From positions 1 through 17,249 of the forward strand of contig JBIKLZ010000024.1 in the NCBI GenBank assembly GCA_044359535.1: a DNA stretch of 17,249 nt, read 5' to 3'. Both the position numbers and the translations under genes were made by a program. Below are positions 6,489-15,511 of the stretch, one piece after another. Source of the DNA: Chlamydiia bacterium. GTDB lineage: Bacteria > Chlamydiota > Chlamydiia > Chlamydiales > 2-12-FULL-49-11. Position 1 is the first letter of the stretch; each line of letters starts with the position of its first letter. Below the pieces are notes generated by a model. The model was not told where the DNA came from. It saw only the letters and a list, made by a program, of their open reading frames with translations, and made no database searches.

Positions 6489-9084
6489 CCACTTTTAATG
6501 GGACAGAAAGCAAGTAGGCACTTTCCATCGCCCCTTTTACAACAGTTGTACACCTATCTATTTCACTTTCAGGGCATTCAAAAATCAACTCATCGTGAAT
6601 TTGAAGGACTAAAAAGCTTTTAAAATCTTCACATTGCCAGAGTTTATTGATCTTTTGCATCGCAATCTTAATAATATCTGCTTGAGAACCTTGAATAGGG
6701 GCATTGACAGCAAATCTTTCGCAAGCGCCCTTTAAGGCAAAATTCCGACTGTCAATGTCTGGAAGGGGCCTTTCCCTCCCAAGTAAGCTTACAGTTTTTT
6801 TATCCCTTTTTGCTTTGTCTATCAAATCTTGAATGCACAAATAGACCTTAGGATATTTTTCAAAATAGGTATCAATGATCTTTTTAGCTTCAGCAACAGA
6901 AATGCTTAGCTCTTTTGCTAGCCCAAAAGAGGATTGACCATAAAGGATTCCAAAGTTTACAGCTTTTGCTTGATAGCGCATCTGTGGGGTCACTTTATCT
7001 AATGGCACGTTAAAGACAGCTGATGCTGTATCTTTATGGATATCTAGATCGTTATTGAATGCAGATATAAGGGCCTTTTCACCCGACATATGGGCTAAAA
7101 TGCGTAATTCAATTTGTGAATAATCTAAAGAAAGAAAAAGCCACCCTTCATTTTGAGGGGTAAACGATTCACGAATTTTTTTTCCTTCTTGGGTCCTTAT
7201 GGGGATATTTTGTAAGTTTGGGGAAGAACAGGAAAGTCTTCCGGTTACCGTTCCAGATTGATTAAAGGTACAGTGGATACGGTGTGTTCGGCTGTTGATT
7301 TCTTTAGGGAGGGCATCTGCATAGGTGGACCTAAGCTTTTCTAAGGTCCGATATTCTAAAATATAGGGGATAATAGGATGAGCTTTTTCCAAAGAAAGGA
7401 GGGTTTCAACCCCAGTGCTTTCAAAAGATTTCCCCTTTTTTAGAGGGGCAATCCCTAAGTTGTGAAAAAGAACCTCGGAGAGTTGTTTTGGGGAGTTGAT
7501 GTTGAATTCTTTTTTAGAAATAGAGTAAATGGTTTGTGAAAGGTGTTCAATTTTAGAGGTGAGTTCAACGCTATAGGCTTTTAAACTCTCCTTATTAAGA
7601 TAGATCCCGTCCCTTTCCATACCAAATAAAATGGGGATTAGGGGGAGTTCAATGGTGGAAAATAGATTAAAAAGCCCTCTTTCTAAAAGCTTTTTTTCTA
7701 GAAGGGGTTTTAAAGAAACAAGGGCGTCTAAAGCGGAGCACGAAATGTTTTTTGCATCATCAACCAATAGGTCCTTAAAGGTGCCCCCTTTAGGGAGCCA
7801 TTCTTTAATTGAGGGGATATCTTTATCCAAATACTTTTTTGAGAGAATATCTAAGGTGTGTTGCAAAAGGTGAGAGTCAAGGATATAGGAGGCAATAAAG
7901 GTATCAAAATCAATTGTAGAGATGTTTAAACCTACTTGAGAAAGGGTATGAAGATCATTTTTAATATTGTGGCCAAAAAAGGAGATCTTTCTGCTAAACA
8001 AAGGGGAAAGTTCCTCTAAGATCACCCCTTTGGGGATATTTCCGTAAAAAGGGATAAAATAACACACCCCTGGATGAGCGCAAAACGTGATGGAGATAAT
8101 GTCTTTATCAATAGACTCGATGGGTTCACTTTCTGTTTTAATGCCGATACTTTTAAAGGATAAAAGGGATTGAACAACCCCTTTTAAGGCTCTTTGATCA
8201 TCGATTAGAATATGAGTTTTTTCCAAAGCCTTCTGGGGGGTCTTTTTATAGAGAGAAGAAAACTCCATCTGCGTATAGAAGTTTTCTAGTAACACAGAGT
8301 CAGGGGTATGACTTTGATAAAAAGAAAGATTTTGAGGGATATCTAAATGGATTTGAATTGTGGCAAGGGAATAACTGATTTCGGCAAAAGATCTTTCAGC
8401 AACTATTTTTTCCCCTAATTTCTTGTTAGGGAAAAAGGGAGCATTTTCAATAATCTTTTTTAAAGAACCAAACTCTGTTAAAAGTTTGGTCGCTGTTTTT
8501 GGGCCCAAACTTTTTATCCCTGGGATATTATCAGAGGCATCTCCGACAATAGCAAGGTAATCGATAAATTGATGGGGCAAAATCCCATATTTTTCAAACA
8601 CATCCTTTTCTTTTAAAAGGACATTCTCCTTGTTTGTATGGAGAATAAAGGTTTGTTCATCGACTAATTGGCAAAGATCTTTATCTGTTGAGCAAAGATA
8701 GGAGGTAAGACCTTCTTTTTTTGCCCATCGTGCAATCGAGCCCATCGCATCATCGGCTTCAAAACCGTCGATTTCAACAATGGCAATAGAAGCGGCTATG
8801 CAAAACTTTTTTGCTAAATCAATTTGAGGGTAGAGATCTTCTGGGGCCTTTTCTCGATGCCCTTTATAATCAGGGTAGATCGCTGTCCTTGAGGCCTTAT
8901 TTTTGGGTCCATCAAAAACAACAACTAAATAATCAGGGGAAAAATCTTTTTGAATGTTTAAGATAGCTCTTATAAACCCAAAAAGGGCATTTGTAGCAAC
9001 CCCCTTAGATGTTGACATCGACTTGATGGCATAGTAGGATCGAAAGATATAGTTGCTTGCATCAACAATGAAGATGTTTTTCAT
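6454..9084 (-). CDS. polA: DNA polymerase I
   Basis: 5'-3' exonuclease motifs (VVFD, YKGHR, EADD, GDASDNIPG) and polymerase motifs (TGRLS..PNLQNIP, DYSQIELR, KAVNFGILYG, QIHDEL). Confidence 0.98.
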   Translation of the reverse strand: MKNIFIVDASNYIFRSYYAIKSMSTSKGVATNALFGFIRAILNIQKDFSPDYLVVVFDGPKNKASRTAIYPDYKGHREKAPEDLYPQIDLAKKFCIAASIAIVEIDGFEADDAMGSIARWAKKEGLTSYLCSTDKDLCQLVDEQTFILHTNKENVLLKEKDVFEKYGILPHQFIDYLAIVGDASDNIPGIKSLGPKTATKLLTEFGSLKKIIENAPFFPNKKLGEKIVAERSFAEISYSLATIQIHLDIPQNLSFYQSHTPDSVLLENFYTQMEFSSLYKKTPQKALEKTHILIDDQRALKGVVQSLLSFKSIGIKTESEPIESIDKDIISITFCAHPGVCYFIPFYGNIPKGVILEELSPLFSRKISFFGHNIKNDLHTLSQVGLNISTIDFDTFIASYILDSHLLQHTLDILSKKYLDKDIPSIKEWLPKGGTFKDLLVDDAKNISCSALDALVSLKPLLEKKLLERGLFNLFSTIELPLIPILFGMERDGIYLNKESLKAYSVELTSKIEHLSQTIYSISKKEFNINSPKQLSEVLFHNLGIAPLKKGKSFESTGVETLLSLEKAHPIIPYILEYRTLEKLRSTYADALPKEINSRTHRIHCTFNQSGTVTGRLSCSSPNLQNIPIRTQEGKKIRESFTPQNEGWLFLSLDYSQIELRILAHMSGEKALISAFNNDLDIHKDTASAVFNVPLDKVTPQMRYQAKAVNFGILYGQSSFGLAKELSISVAEAKKIIDTYFEKYPKVYLCIQDLIDKAKRDKKTVSLLGRERPLPDIDSRNFALKGACERFAVNAPIQGSQADIIKIAMQKINKLWQCEDFKSFLVLQIHDELIFECPESEIDRCTTVVKGAMESAYLLSVPLKVDVSVGKNWSTC

Positions 9085-9091
9085 AGGGCAG

Positions 9092-10114
9092 TTAATTAAA
9101 GTCTGCTTGAAATGAAAAAGGGATTTCTGTCGATGAGTGACTGAATATAAAAGGGATTTTTGCCTCTATCGATTTTTTCCACTGGTCCATAAAGCTTTCA
9201 CTATTTTGAAAGGTGATGACTTGATACTCTTCAAGATTTAAAGTTTTAGCAAGATGGGTGACAGCATCGTCATAGCGGACATTTGCCGCATCAATGAAGC
9301 CAAGTTCTTTAGCTTTTATTGGGGTGTGGATCGTTGCGCCAATATCTAAAAGTCTCTCTCTTGTTAAGCCAAAAGATCCCCGAGCACGGACAACAACATC
9401 GATGAAATCCTCATAAAGAAATTCAACATAGGCTATAAAATCGTCGTAGGAAGAGGTTCCTGGAGGCATTTTTGAAAACATTGGGAAGTGAATTTTGTGT
9501 TTGCCTGCGGCAACAGTTGTTTGAGAAATCCCTTGTTTTTGCATCCAGTCATAAAAATTGAAATTTGGATTGGTCTTTACCCCGACAGAACCAATAGCTG
9601 CAATTTTTTGAGAGGAGATAAAATCAGATGCTGAAGAAATATAAACGCCCCCTGAAGCGCACATATCGCCAATCCAAGTATGGATTGGGACATTGTAGGT
9701 TCTTTTATAATTCATCAAGTCATTGTAGATTTGCGAGCATGCTGAAACACTTCCCCCTGGTGAGTTGATTTTAAGGAGAATCCCTTTAATCTGCCCTTCA
9801 GAAAATTTGTACAATTCAGGTTGAGCTAAAATAGCTTGGATTTGATTTCCAAGTAAAGGGTCTTTCCCGATCACCCCTTCAATATTGATTTGTAATAGTA
9901 CAGATTTTTTCGGAGAAAAAGGGTGTGCAACCAGTTGATTTATCGGCTGAACCTTTAAAGTCATTAATTCTGGAGCTGAGGGGTTTGACATTTTTAAAGA
10001 ACCACCAATAAATAAAAGGAGAAAAAGTGCTAAAAGAGCACCAAAGACTGCAGCAAAGGCTCCAGTAAATCTTTTAAGTATTGAGGAAAGGATTGATTCT
10101 TTTTGTAGGTACAT
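9092..10114 (-). CDS. sppA: S49 family peptidase (SppA/SohB-like signal peptide peptidase)
   Basis: N-terminal TM segment, INSPGG, ASGGVY (catalytic Ser), GSVGV and AGKHK (catalytic Lys). Confidence 0.9.
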   Translation of the reverse strand: MYLQKESILSSILKRFTGAFAAVFGALLALFLLLFIGGSLKMSNPSAPELMTLKVQPINQLVAHPFSPKKSVLLQINIEGVIGKDPLLGNQIQAILAQPELYKFSEGQIKGILLKINSPGGSVSACSQIYNDLMNYKRTYNVPIHTWIGDMCASGGVYISSASDFISSQKIAAIGSVGVKTNPNFNFYDWMQKQGISQTTVAAGKHKIHFPMFSKMPPGTSSYDDFIAYVEFLYEDFIDVVVRARGSFGLTRERLLDIGATIHTPIKAKELGFIDAANVRYDDAVTHLAKTLNLEEYQVITFQNSESFMDQWKKSIEAKIPFIFSHSSTEIPFSFQADFN

Positions 10115-10145
10115 AGATTTCCTATAGTTGGGAGTAAATAAAAGG

Positions 10146-10174
10146 AGTTTAGCCGAATTTTATCAAAGATTCAA
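10146..10174 (-). promoter_or_regulatory. Possible internal promoter for sppA-polA-coaE-rho (TTGAAT-N17-TAAACT)
   Basis: Minus-strand hexamers at 10174-10169 and 10151-10146 with 17-nt spacing, ~30 nt upstream of the sppA start. Confidence 0.35.
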
Positions 10175-10701
10175 CTATTATTTACAACAAAAGATTTTTT
10201 ACGGTAGGTGTTTATCAAAAGTTCAATATAAATCACTGGACCAAGGAAGATGAGGAAATAATAGATGAGACTCTGGGGGGTATAACCAAGAACTAGAGCT
10301 AAAATGATAAAGAATTGAAGAAGGGTTGTCATTTTGCTTGAAAGGGCAGGGACAAAGACAAGGCCGTTCCATCCGATAGTGGAAAGGGTGGTAAGAACAT
10401 AGAAGAAGACACTTGCATCACGAATAAGGAGGGCAAATAAACCTAATGGAGAAAGAGAACCTTGAAAGGAAAAGACCGCTAATACAAAATAGACAAAGAA
10501 TTTATCCATTGAGGGGTCAAGGACTTTTCCTAAAAAGGTCCCATTTTTAAATTTTCGTGCTAAAAAGCCATCAATGCAATCTGACAGCATGGCTAAGATA
10601 ATAGCGATCATTCGAATAGAGGTGGATTCAAAAAGAAATAGAAAGGCTAAAGGGGCTCTTAGTAAAGAAATGGTGTTGGAAAGAGTTAACATGTGTTTCA
10701 T
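10171..10701 (-). CDS. pgsA: CDP-alcohol phosphatidyltransferase (PgsA-like)
   Basis: Signature DxxDGxxAR...GxxxDxxxD (DCIDGFLARKFKNGTFLGKVLDPSMDK) in a hydrophobic multi-TM protein. Confidence 0.9.
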   Translation of the reverse strand: MKHMLTLSNTISLLRAPLAFLFLFESTSIRMIAIILAMLSDCIDGFLARKFKNGTFLGKVLDPSMDKFFVYFVLAVFSFQGSLSPLGLFALLIRDASVFFYVLTTLSTIGWNGLVFVPALSSKMTTLLQFFIILALVLGYTPQSLIYYFLIFLGPVIYIELLINTYRKKSFVVNNS

Positions 10702-10733
10702 AATTGTTAAAAAGATGGGCTAAATTTTCCTTT

Positions 10734-12269
10734 TTATAGCATATTTGATTTTTGAAGGCTAGCCTCGCTTTTTGCACTGTTAAATTGTTCCCCTAAAGAG
10801 CGAACAGCTAAAATCCATCCAAAGAAAATAAGGATGACAACCCCTCCTACATATGGAGCGCTTGTGGCAACTGTTCCAAAGGCTAAAAAGAGGGCTTGAT
10901 GGATGACAGAGGCACCAGATTTTCCAAGTCTTGAACCCACACCGTCAATAGCTGCTTTCCCTTTTAATTTTGATTCACGGCTTAAAGGAATAAAGGCCAT
11001 CTCTTTTGTCACATCAAAAAAAGTGAATTTAGCTGCTCTTGAAAAGCAATTTTGAAAGGCCCCTAAAAATGAGGCAATCACAAGGGGAGAGGTTCCAAGA
11101 GCTGCAGCAAATGAGATCACAATGTGTGTGGACTTTCCAAAATAAAATAGGAAAAAAAGGACACCTGAAATAAGGAGGATGACAGGTGTGATATAGGCTG
11201 TTGCTGTCCACCCAAAGCGTCTTACAGATTGTCCGCAAATAAATACTGAAAAAAATGTTGATAGGATTCCAATGTAGGTCATCACATTTCCCATGTAGGT
11301 GCTATAATCGGCAGCGTATGGGTATAATTCATGAACTTGATCTTTCCATACCACCTCAATGAGGGTTAAAGAGATATTGAAGGCAACAACAATTAAAGCA
11401 ATGCAAATTAAATATTTAGATTTTGACAGATAGGAAAAGTTTTCTCTGATCCCCATTTTTGGTTTTTCTTCCCTTTCCTTTTTTTCATTTTCGTCTAAAG
11501 AGGTTGTTTCTTTTAAAAATGCATGTAATTTTTGATAGACAAAAAGGATCACTAAACCAATAGCAATAATGATTGAACTAATGAGCATTAAAGAAAATGT
11601 CCAACGATCGGTTTGAATATTAAAAAAAGAGTATAAAAAAGTCCCTGAAAGGAAAATCCCTGCTTGGCCAGCAAAGATGGTAGCAATATTTGCCCCTAAA
11701 CCTAAAATAGCATAGAATCTTCCAGCTTCTTTTACAGAAGTGACTTCGTTAGCAAAACCCCAAAATAAAACAGTCATAATCATTGTTCCCCAAAGCTCAG
11801 ACATGACATAAAAGAGGGTAAAGGTCCAATTTCTGAAGACGGCAATAAGTCCAAGAAAGCCTTTTGGGAGAAAACTTTGTAACGTATCAGCTAATTTATG
11901 GGGGTGGAAAAATTCTTGGTTAGGGTATAAAAAGAAGGCAAAAACAAAGAAAAAACTTAAAAAACCAACCATCATGATATTAAATACTTTTTCTTTAGAA
12001 TATTTATTTGCAAGTCGTGTAAAAATAAGGGTGGAAAGGATGGCTAAAGGCATCATCGCCCATACTTTGATGAAGGGGATGGTCGAGGCTCCAGAATTTT
12101 TTGCTGTAACAATCAGGGCATCTTTAGCCGTTTTTAACAAACTATAGTTAAAGACGATCAAAGAATAAATAAGGATCATAGGCAAAATTTTTCTGTATTC
12201 AGAACGTAAAATGGGCCAAAATAACCGTTTTAAAGGATGCATATCTTTTAAGACTTGTTCATGAGTCAT
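10734..12269 (-). CDS. NTT/TLC family nucleotide transporter (ATP/ADP translocase family), Npt2-like
   Basis: FYVMSELWG, FWGFANE, EVVWK, KEMAFIPL and KGKAAIDGVGSRLGKSG motifs; multi-pass membrane protein. FNYSLLK and KFTFFDxTKEMAF resemble Npt2-type paralogs, and the position near pgsA/sohB/polA matches the chlamydial npt2 locus. Confidence 0.95.
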   Translation of the reverse strand: MTHEQVLKDMHPLKRLFWPILRSEYRKILPMILIYSLIVFNYSLLKTAKDALIVTAKNSGASTIPFIKVWAMMPLAILSTLIFTRLANKYSKEKVFNIMMVGFLSFFFVFAFFLYPNQEFFHPHKLADTLQSFLPKGFLGLIAVFRNWTFTLFYVMSELWGTMIMTVLFWGFANEVTSVKEAGRFYAILGLGANIATIFAGQAGIFLSGTFLYSFFNIQTDRWTFSLMLISSIIIAIGLVILFVYQKLHAFLKETTSLDENEKKEREEKPKMGIRENFSYLSKSKYLICIALIVVAFNISLTLIEVVWKDQVHELYPYAADYSTYMGNVMTYIGILSTFFSVFICGQSVRRFGWTATAYITPVILLISGVLFFLFYFGKSTHIVISFAAALGTSPLVIASFLGAFQNCFSRAAKFTFFDVTKEMAFIPLSRESKLKGKAAIDGVGSRLGKSGASVIHQALFLAFGTVATSAPYVGGVVILIFFGWILAVRSLGEQFNSAKSEASLQKSNML

Positions 12270-12442
12270 GAAAACCTAACAGTAAAAAATTTAATTTTAG
12301 AGGTCTAATGTTTTTATATACAAAGGATCTGTATTGGAGGGGTTTGGAATGAGACGAGGAAGTATTTATTTTAATCTTCAAAATATTCTCTATTAAGAGT
12401 TATTGTCTCGTACCAGGGTAAAGCCCTTTAGTACTTACAAAA

Positions 12443-12470
12443 AGTATAGCAGACTGTGTTTATTAAGCAA
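12443..12470 (-). promoter_or_regulatory. Putative promoter for the ntt operon (TTGCTT-N16-TATACT)
   Basis: Minus-strand hexamers at 12470-12465 and 12448-12443. Implies a start site near 12436 and a ~165-nt leader. Confidence 0.5.
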
Positions 12471-12507
12471 GGAATTCTCATTGGCTTTTTCATTTTTTCG
12501 AAAAAAA

Positions 12508-13713
12508 TTAAGGAGAAAGGGCATCTAAGCCCGGAAGTGATCCTTTTTCAATAAATTCTAATGTAGCGCCACCGCCAGTGGATATATGAGTAAATTTTTG
12601 ATATTTAGGGGTAAGGTGGGCAGCAGCTGCTGTGTCTCCTCCTCCCACAATAGTCATTGCAGAACACTCCGAGAGATACTCAGCCATTGCCCTTGTCCCA
12701 TGTTGAAAAGGGGCAAGTTCAAAAACGCCAAAAGGGCCATTCCAAAAAATGGTTTTTGCCCGTTTAAGGATATCTTGCAGTTCAGCAATAGTGCGAGGGC
12801 CAATATCTGCCCCAATATAGCCTTGATCTATCCCTTCTTTTATAGAGACAAGGGCGGTGTCTGCACCTTCTGATAGGGTTTGAGTGATAATAATATCTTC
12901 TGGAAGGTGAAGGGGAATTCCTTTGGATTTATATTTTTTCATGAGCCATTTTGCAGTATCAATATGGTCGTGATCGACTAAAGAATTTCCAACGTTATAG
13001 CCTAAAGCTGCAAGAAATGTAAAAGCCATCCCTCCGGTGATTACAAGGCCATCAATTCTATGTAATAGGGATTCTAAGATTCCAATTTTAGTAGAGACTT
13101 TAGCCCCCCCAATAATTGCATAAAAAGGACTTTCAGCTTGACTGAGTAGATTTTCAAGGACAAGGACCTCCTTTTCTACTAAAAATCCAGCCCCTTTAAT
13201 AAGGTAACGTTTTGGGATAAATGTTGTGGAGGCGTGATTGCGATGAAGGGTTGCAAAGGCATCGTTGATGTAGATATCTCCAAGATCGGCTAAAAAATCA
13301 ATAAATTGAGGGTGCTCTTCAGGGTGTTCTTCTCCTGGATGGAAGCGAATATTTTCAAGAAGGAGGATCTCTTTTGGGCCGAGGCGGTCGACCATTTTTT
13401 TTACCCCACTTCCAAAATCTTGAGGGCCAATACCTACATCTGTTCCAAGAAGTTTAGAGAGGTGTTTTGCAATAGGAGAAAGGGATAATGACTGAACAAA
13501 ACGGCCCCCTGGTCTTCCAAGATGGCTTATAAGAACGCAACAAGCTTCTGATTCAAGGATGTACTTTATTGTGGGTAAACAAGCTTGTATTCTGGAATCA
13601 TCGGTAATGTTTCCATATTCATCCATTGGAACGTTAAAATCAACCCGTACAAGGACCTTTTTGTTTTTTAGGTGCATTGTTGTAAGGGTTTTAAATTTTC
13701 TTTTTGAGTACAT
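12508..13713 (-). CDS. pgk: Phosphoglycerate kinase
   Basis: RVDFNVP, SHLGRP, LLENIRF, GGAKVSTK, WNGPFGVFE, VGGGDT, HISTGGGA. Confidence 0.98.
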   Translation of the reverse strand: MYSKRKFKTLTTMHLKNKKVLVRVDFNVPMDEYGNITDDSRIQACLPTIKYILESEACCVLISHLGRPGGRFVQSLSLSPIAKHLSKLLGTDVGIGPQDFGSGVKKMVDRLGPKEILLLENIRFHPGEEHPEEHPQFIDFLADLGDIYINDAFATLHRNHASTTFIPKRYLIKGAGFLVEKEVLVLENLLSQAESPFYAIIGGAKVSTKIGILESLLHRIDGLVITGGMAFTFLAALGYNVGNSLVDHDHIDTAKWLMKKYKSKGIPLHLPEDIIITQTLSEGADTALVSIKEGIDQGYIGADIGPRTIAELQDILKRAKTIFWNGPFGVFELAPFQHGTRAMAEYLSECSAMTIVGGGDTAAAAHLTPKYQKFTHISTGGGATLEFIEKGSLPGLDALSP

Positions 13714-13777
13714 AGTATTTTTTATTCGATCCTAATTGATAGTTTCTTTAAAGACAATCTAAATTCAATGAAAGAGT

Positions 13778-14527
13778 TTAAAGGTCTTTAAAGGGGCTTG
13801 CTGCATCCAAAAAAGGGGTTTGCTTTTTTCGCCGCTTTCTTTCTAAATGAATGGAATAAAGAAGGTCTTCATCAAATTGTTGATGGCCCGCCCAGTGAAG
13901 ATAGTCAATAGGGATTTCTCTAAATAAAGCGCCCCGATATTTTCCAAAAGGGAATGTTTTCATTGCGATCGGACGGTTTAAACGTTTTAGCATCTCTTCA
14001 GTGGTTGTAAATCCATAGGCAAGGCGCTCAAAAACCTTAATATTGACAATAACATCATTCATTGCCCTATGGGCCCCTTCCTCTGGGATATTGAAATGCT
14101 CCCTTAAAACTTCTAAAGAGTTTTTAGGAGATTCTCCATAAAGGCGTGCGAGTCGAAGGGTGTCAATGACAGGATTTGAAATGATGGAGCGACTGTGGTT
14201 ATGACGTCTTAAAGCCGCTTCAATCATTTTGATGTCAAAACCTACATTGTGGCCCATGATGGGGTATTTGCCGATTAAAGTGGTTATTTCATCTAAGAGT
14301 TCTTCGATATGGGGTTTATCTTTAACCATTTGATCAGAAATGTTGTGAATAGCAGTAGATTCAAGGGGGATTGGACGTTTTGGATCAATCAAAGTGTCTA
14401 AAGAGGCCAGTTCATTTTCAAGGGTGAATTTCACAATTGCAATTTCTATAATCTCATCATTTTCTGTATCTAAGCCTGTGGTTTCACAGTCTAAGCAGAT
14501 GAGTGTGTCTGTTTTAATGGAACCCAT
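13778..14527 (-). CDS. dnaQ: DEDDh 3'-5' exonuclease (DNA polymerase III epsilon/DnaQ-like) with C-terminal FPFGKY (DUF3820-like) module
   Basis: ExoI DCETTG, ExoII HNVGFD, ExoIII HRAMND; C-terminal FPFGKYRG...IPIDYLHW. Confidence 0.85.
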   Translation of the reverse strand: MGSIKTDTLICLDCETTGLDTENDEIIEIAIVKFTLENELASLDTLIDPKRPIPLESTAIHNISDQMVKDKPHIEELLDEITTLIGKYPIMGHNVGFDIKMIEAALRRHNHSRSIISNPVIDTLRLARLYGESPKNSLEVLREHFNIPEEGAHRAMNDVIVNIKVFERLAYGFTTTEEMLKRLNRPIAMKTFPFGKYRGALFREIPIDYLHWAGHQQFDEDLLYSIHLERKRRKKQTPFLDAASPFKDL

Positions 14528-15104
14528 GAACTAACATTTCCTTTAAAGTGTGGATGAGCACTTTTTTCCCTGAATCATTTTTTGTCGAATAATTGACTGT
14601 TGTACACCCTTCCAAAACTGGGGGGAGCTTGTCTAATTTATTTCTCTCTTTCCCCTTTAGTTTATCTGTTTTTGTAAAAACAACTAAAGGTTTTTTTTCT
14701 TTTTCCTTTAACCACTTTAAGACTTCAATATCTTTTGGGAAGGGGGGGTGTCTACTATCAATTAAAAGGAGGAAGAGAATTTTATCCAATTTTTCGTCAA
14801 TAAAATCAGATATCCAGCCCCCCCAGTTGCTTTGTTCTTGCTTGCTTTTTGCCGCATAACCGTAGCCTGGTAGGTCGACAAGGTAAAGATTATCGCCAAC
14901 TAAAAAATAATTAATAAGAGCGGTTTTTCCAGGAACTGAGGAGGTTTTAGCAAGATTTTTTCCGAATAAATGATTGATTAAAGAGGATTTTCCCACATTG
15001 GATCTACCGGCAAAAACAAGAATTGGAAAATCTTGAGTAGGGTAATGAGAAGGGTCAGTAGCTGATAGAATAAATGAGCATTGATCAAAGGAGTATTTCG
15101 ACAT
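14514..15104 (-). CDS. engB: Ribosome biogenesis GTP-binding protein EngB/YihA/YsxC
   Basis: GRSNVGKSS, PGKT, DLPGYG, TKTDK. Start placed at MSKYSF (15104) behind a GGGAGGT RBS; the ORF track extends it to 15179. Confidence 0.93.
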   Translation of the reverse strand: MSKYSFDQCSFILSATDPSHYPTQDFPILVFAGRSNVGKSSLINHLFGKNLAKTSSVPGKTALINYFLVGDNLYLVDLPGYGYAAKSKQEQSNWGGWISDFIDEKLDKILFLLLIDSRHPPFPKDIEVLKWLKEKEKKPLVVFTKTDKLKGKERNKLDKLPPVLEGCTTVNYSTKNDSGKKVLIHTLKEMLVHGFH

Positions 15105-15510
15105 TTGACAAGACCTCCCGTTTATTCCCATGATGAGAAAAGTGAATTTGAAGTGTCTCTTTAGGGAGAAATTCTGCAATGATATCCGGCCACTCTATGA
15201 TAGTGATGAAATTTGGGGAGAAGTACTCTTCAAAGCCCATAGAAAAAAATTCATTGGAGTGTTTGAGCCTATAAAGATCAAAATGAGCAAGGACTTCATC
15301 ATAGATGTGTAGATAGGTAAATGTGGGGCTTGTAACAGGGTCTTTAATGGATAAATGGTGAGCAAGGTACCTTACAAAAGTGGTTTTTCCCCCCCCAAGG
15401 GGCCCAAAAAGGGCTAGGACAGAACCTTTAGAGAGCTTTTTTGCAAAAAAGGAGGCAAGTTCACACATCTGCTCTTGGTTATAGATATTTGGATGGGGAC
15501 ATTGAGGCAT
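15085..15510 (-). CDS. tsaE: tRNA threonylcarbamoyladenosine biosynthesis ATPase TsaE (YjeE)
   Basis: GPLGGGKTTF, VTSPTF, HFDLYRL, IEW. Start placed at MPQCPHP (15510) behind GAGGA, immediately after the upstream stop. Confidence 0.93.
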   Translation of the reverse strand: MPQCPHPNIYNQEQMCELASFFAKKLSKGSVLALFGPLGGGKTTFVRYLAHHLSIKDPVTSPTFTYLHIYDEVLAHFDLYRLKHSNEFFSMGFEEYFSPNFITIIEWPDIIAEFLPKETLQIHFSHHGNKREVLSNVEILL

Positions 15511-15511
15511 T

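Noticed and set aside
4518..7873. Short ORFs at 4518-4700, 4838-5242, 5585-5839, 5929-6189 and 7631-7873
   Set aside because: Alternate-frame or antisense shadows of rho, coaE and polA.
12492..12508. ATTTTTTCGAAAAAAAT palindrome after pgk as a terminator
   Set aside because: A/T-only stem, too weak for an intrinsic terminator.
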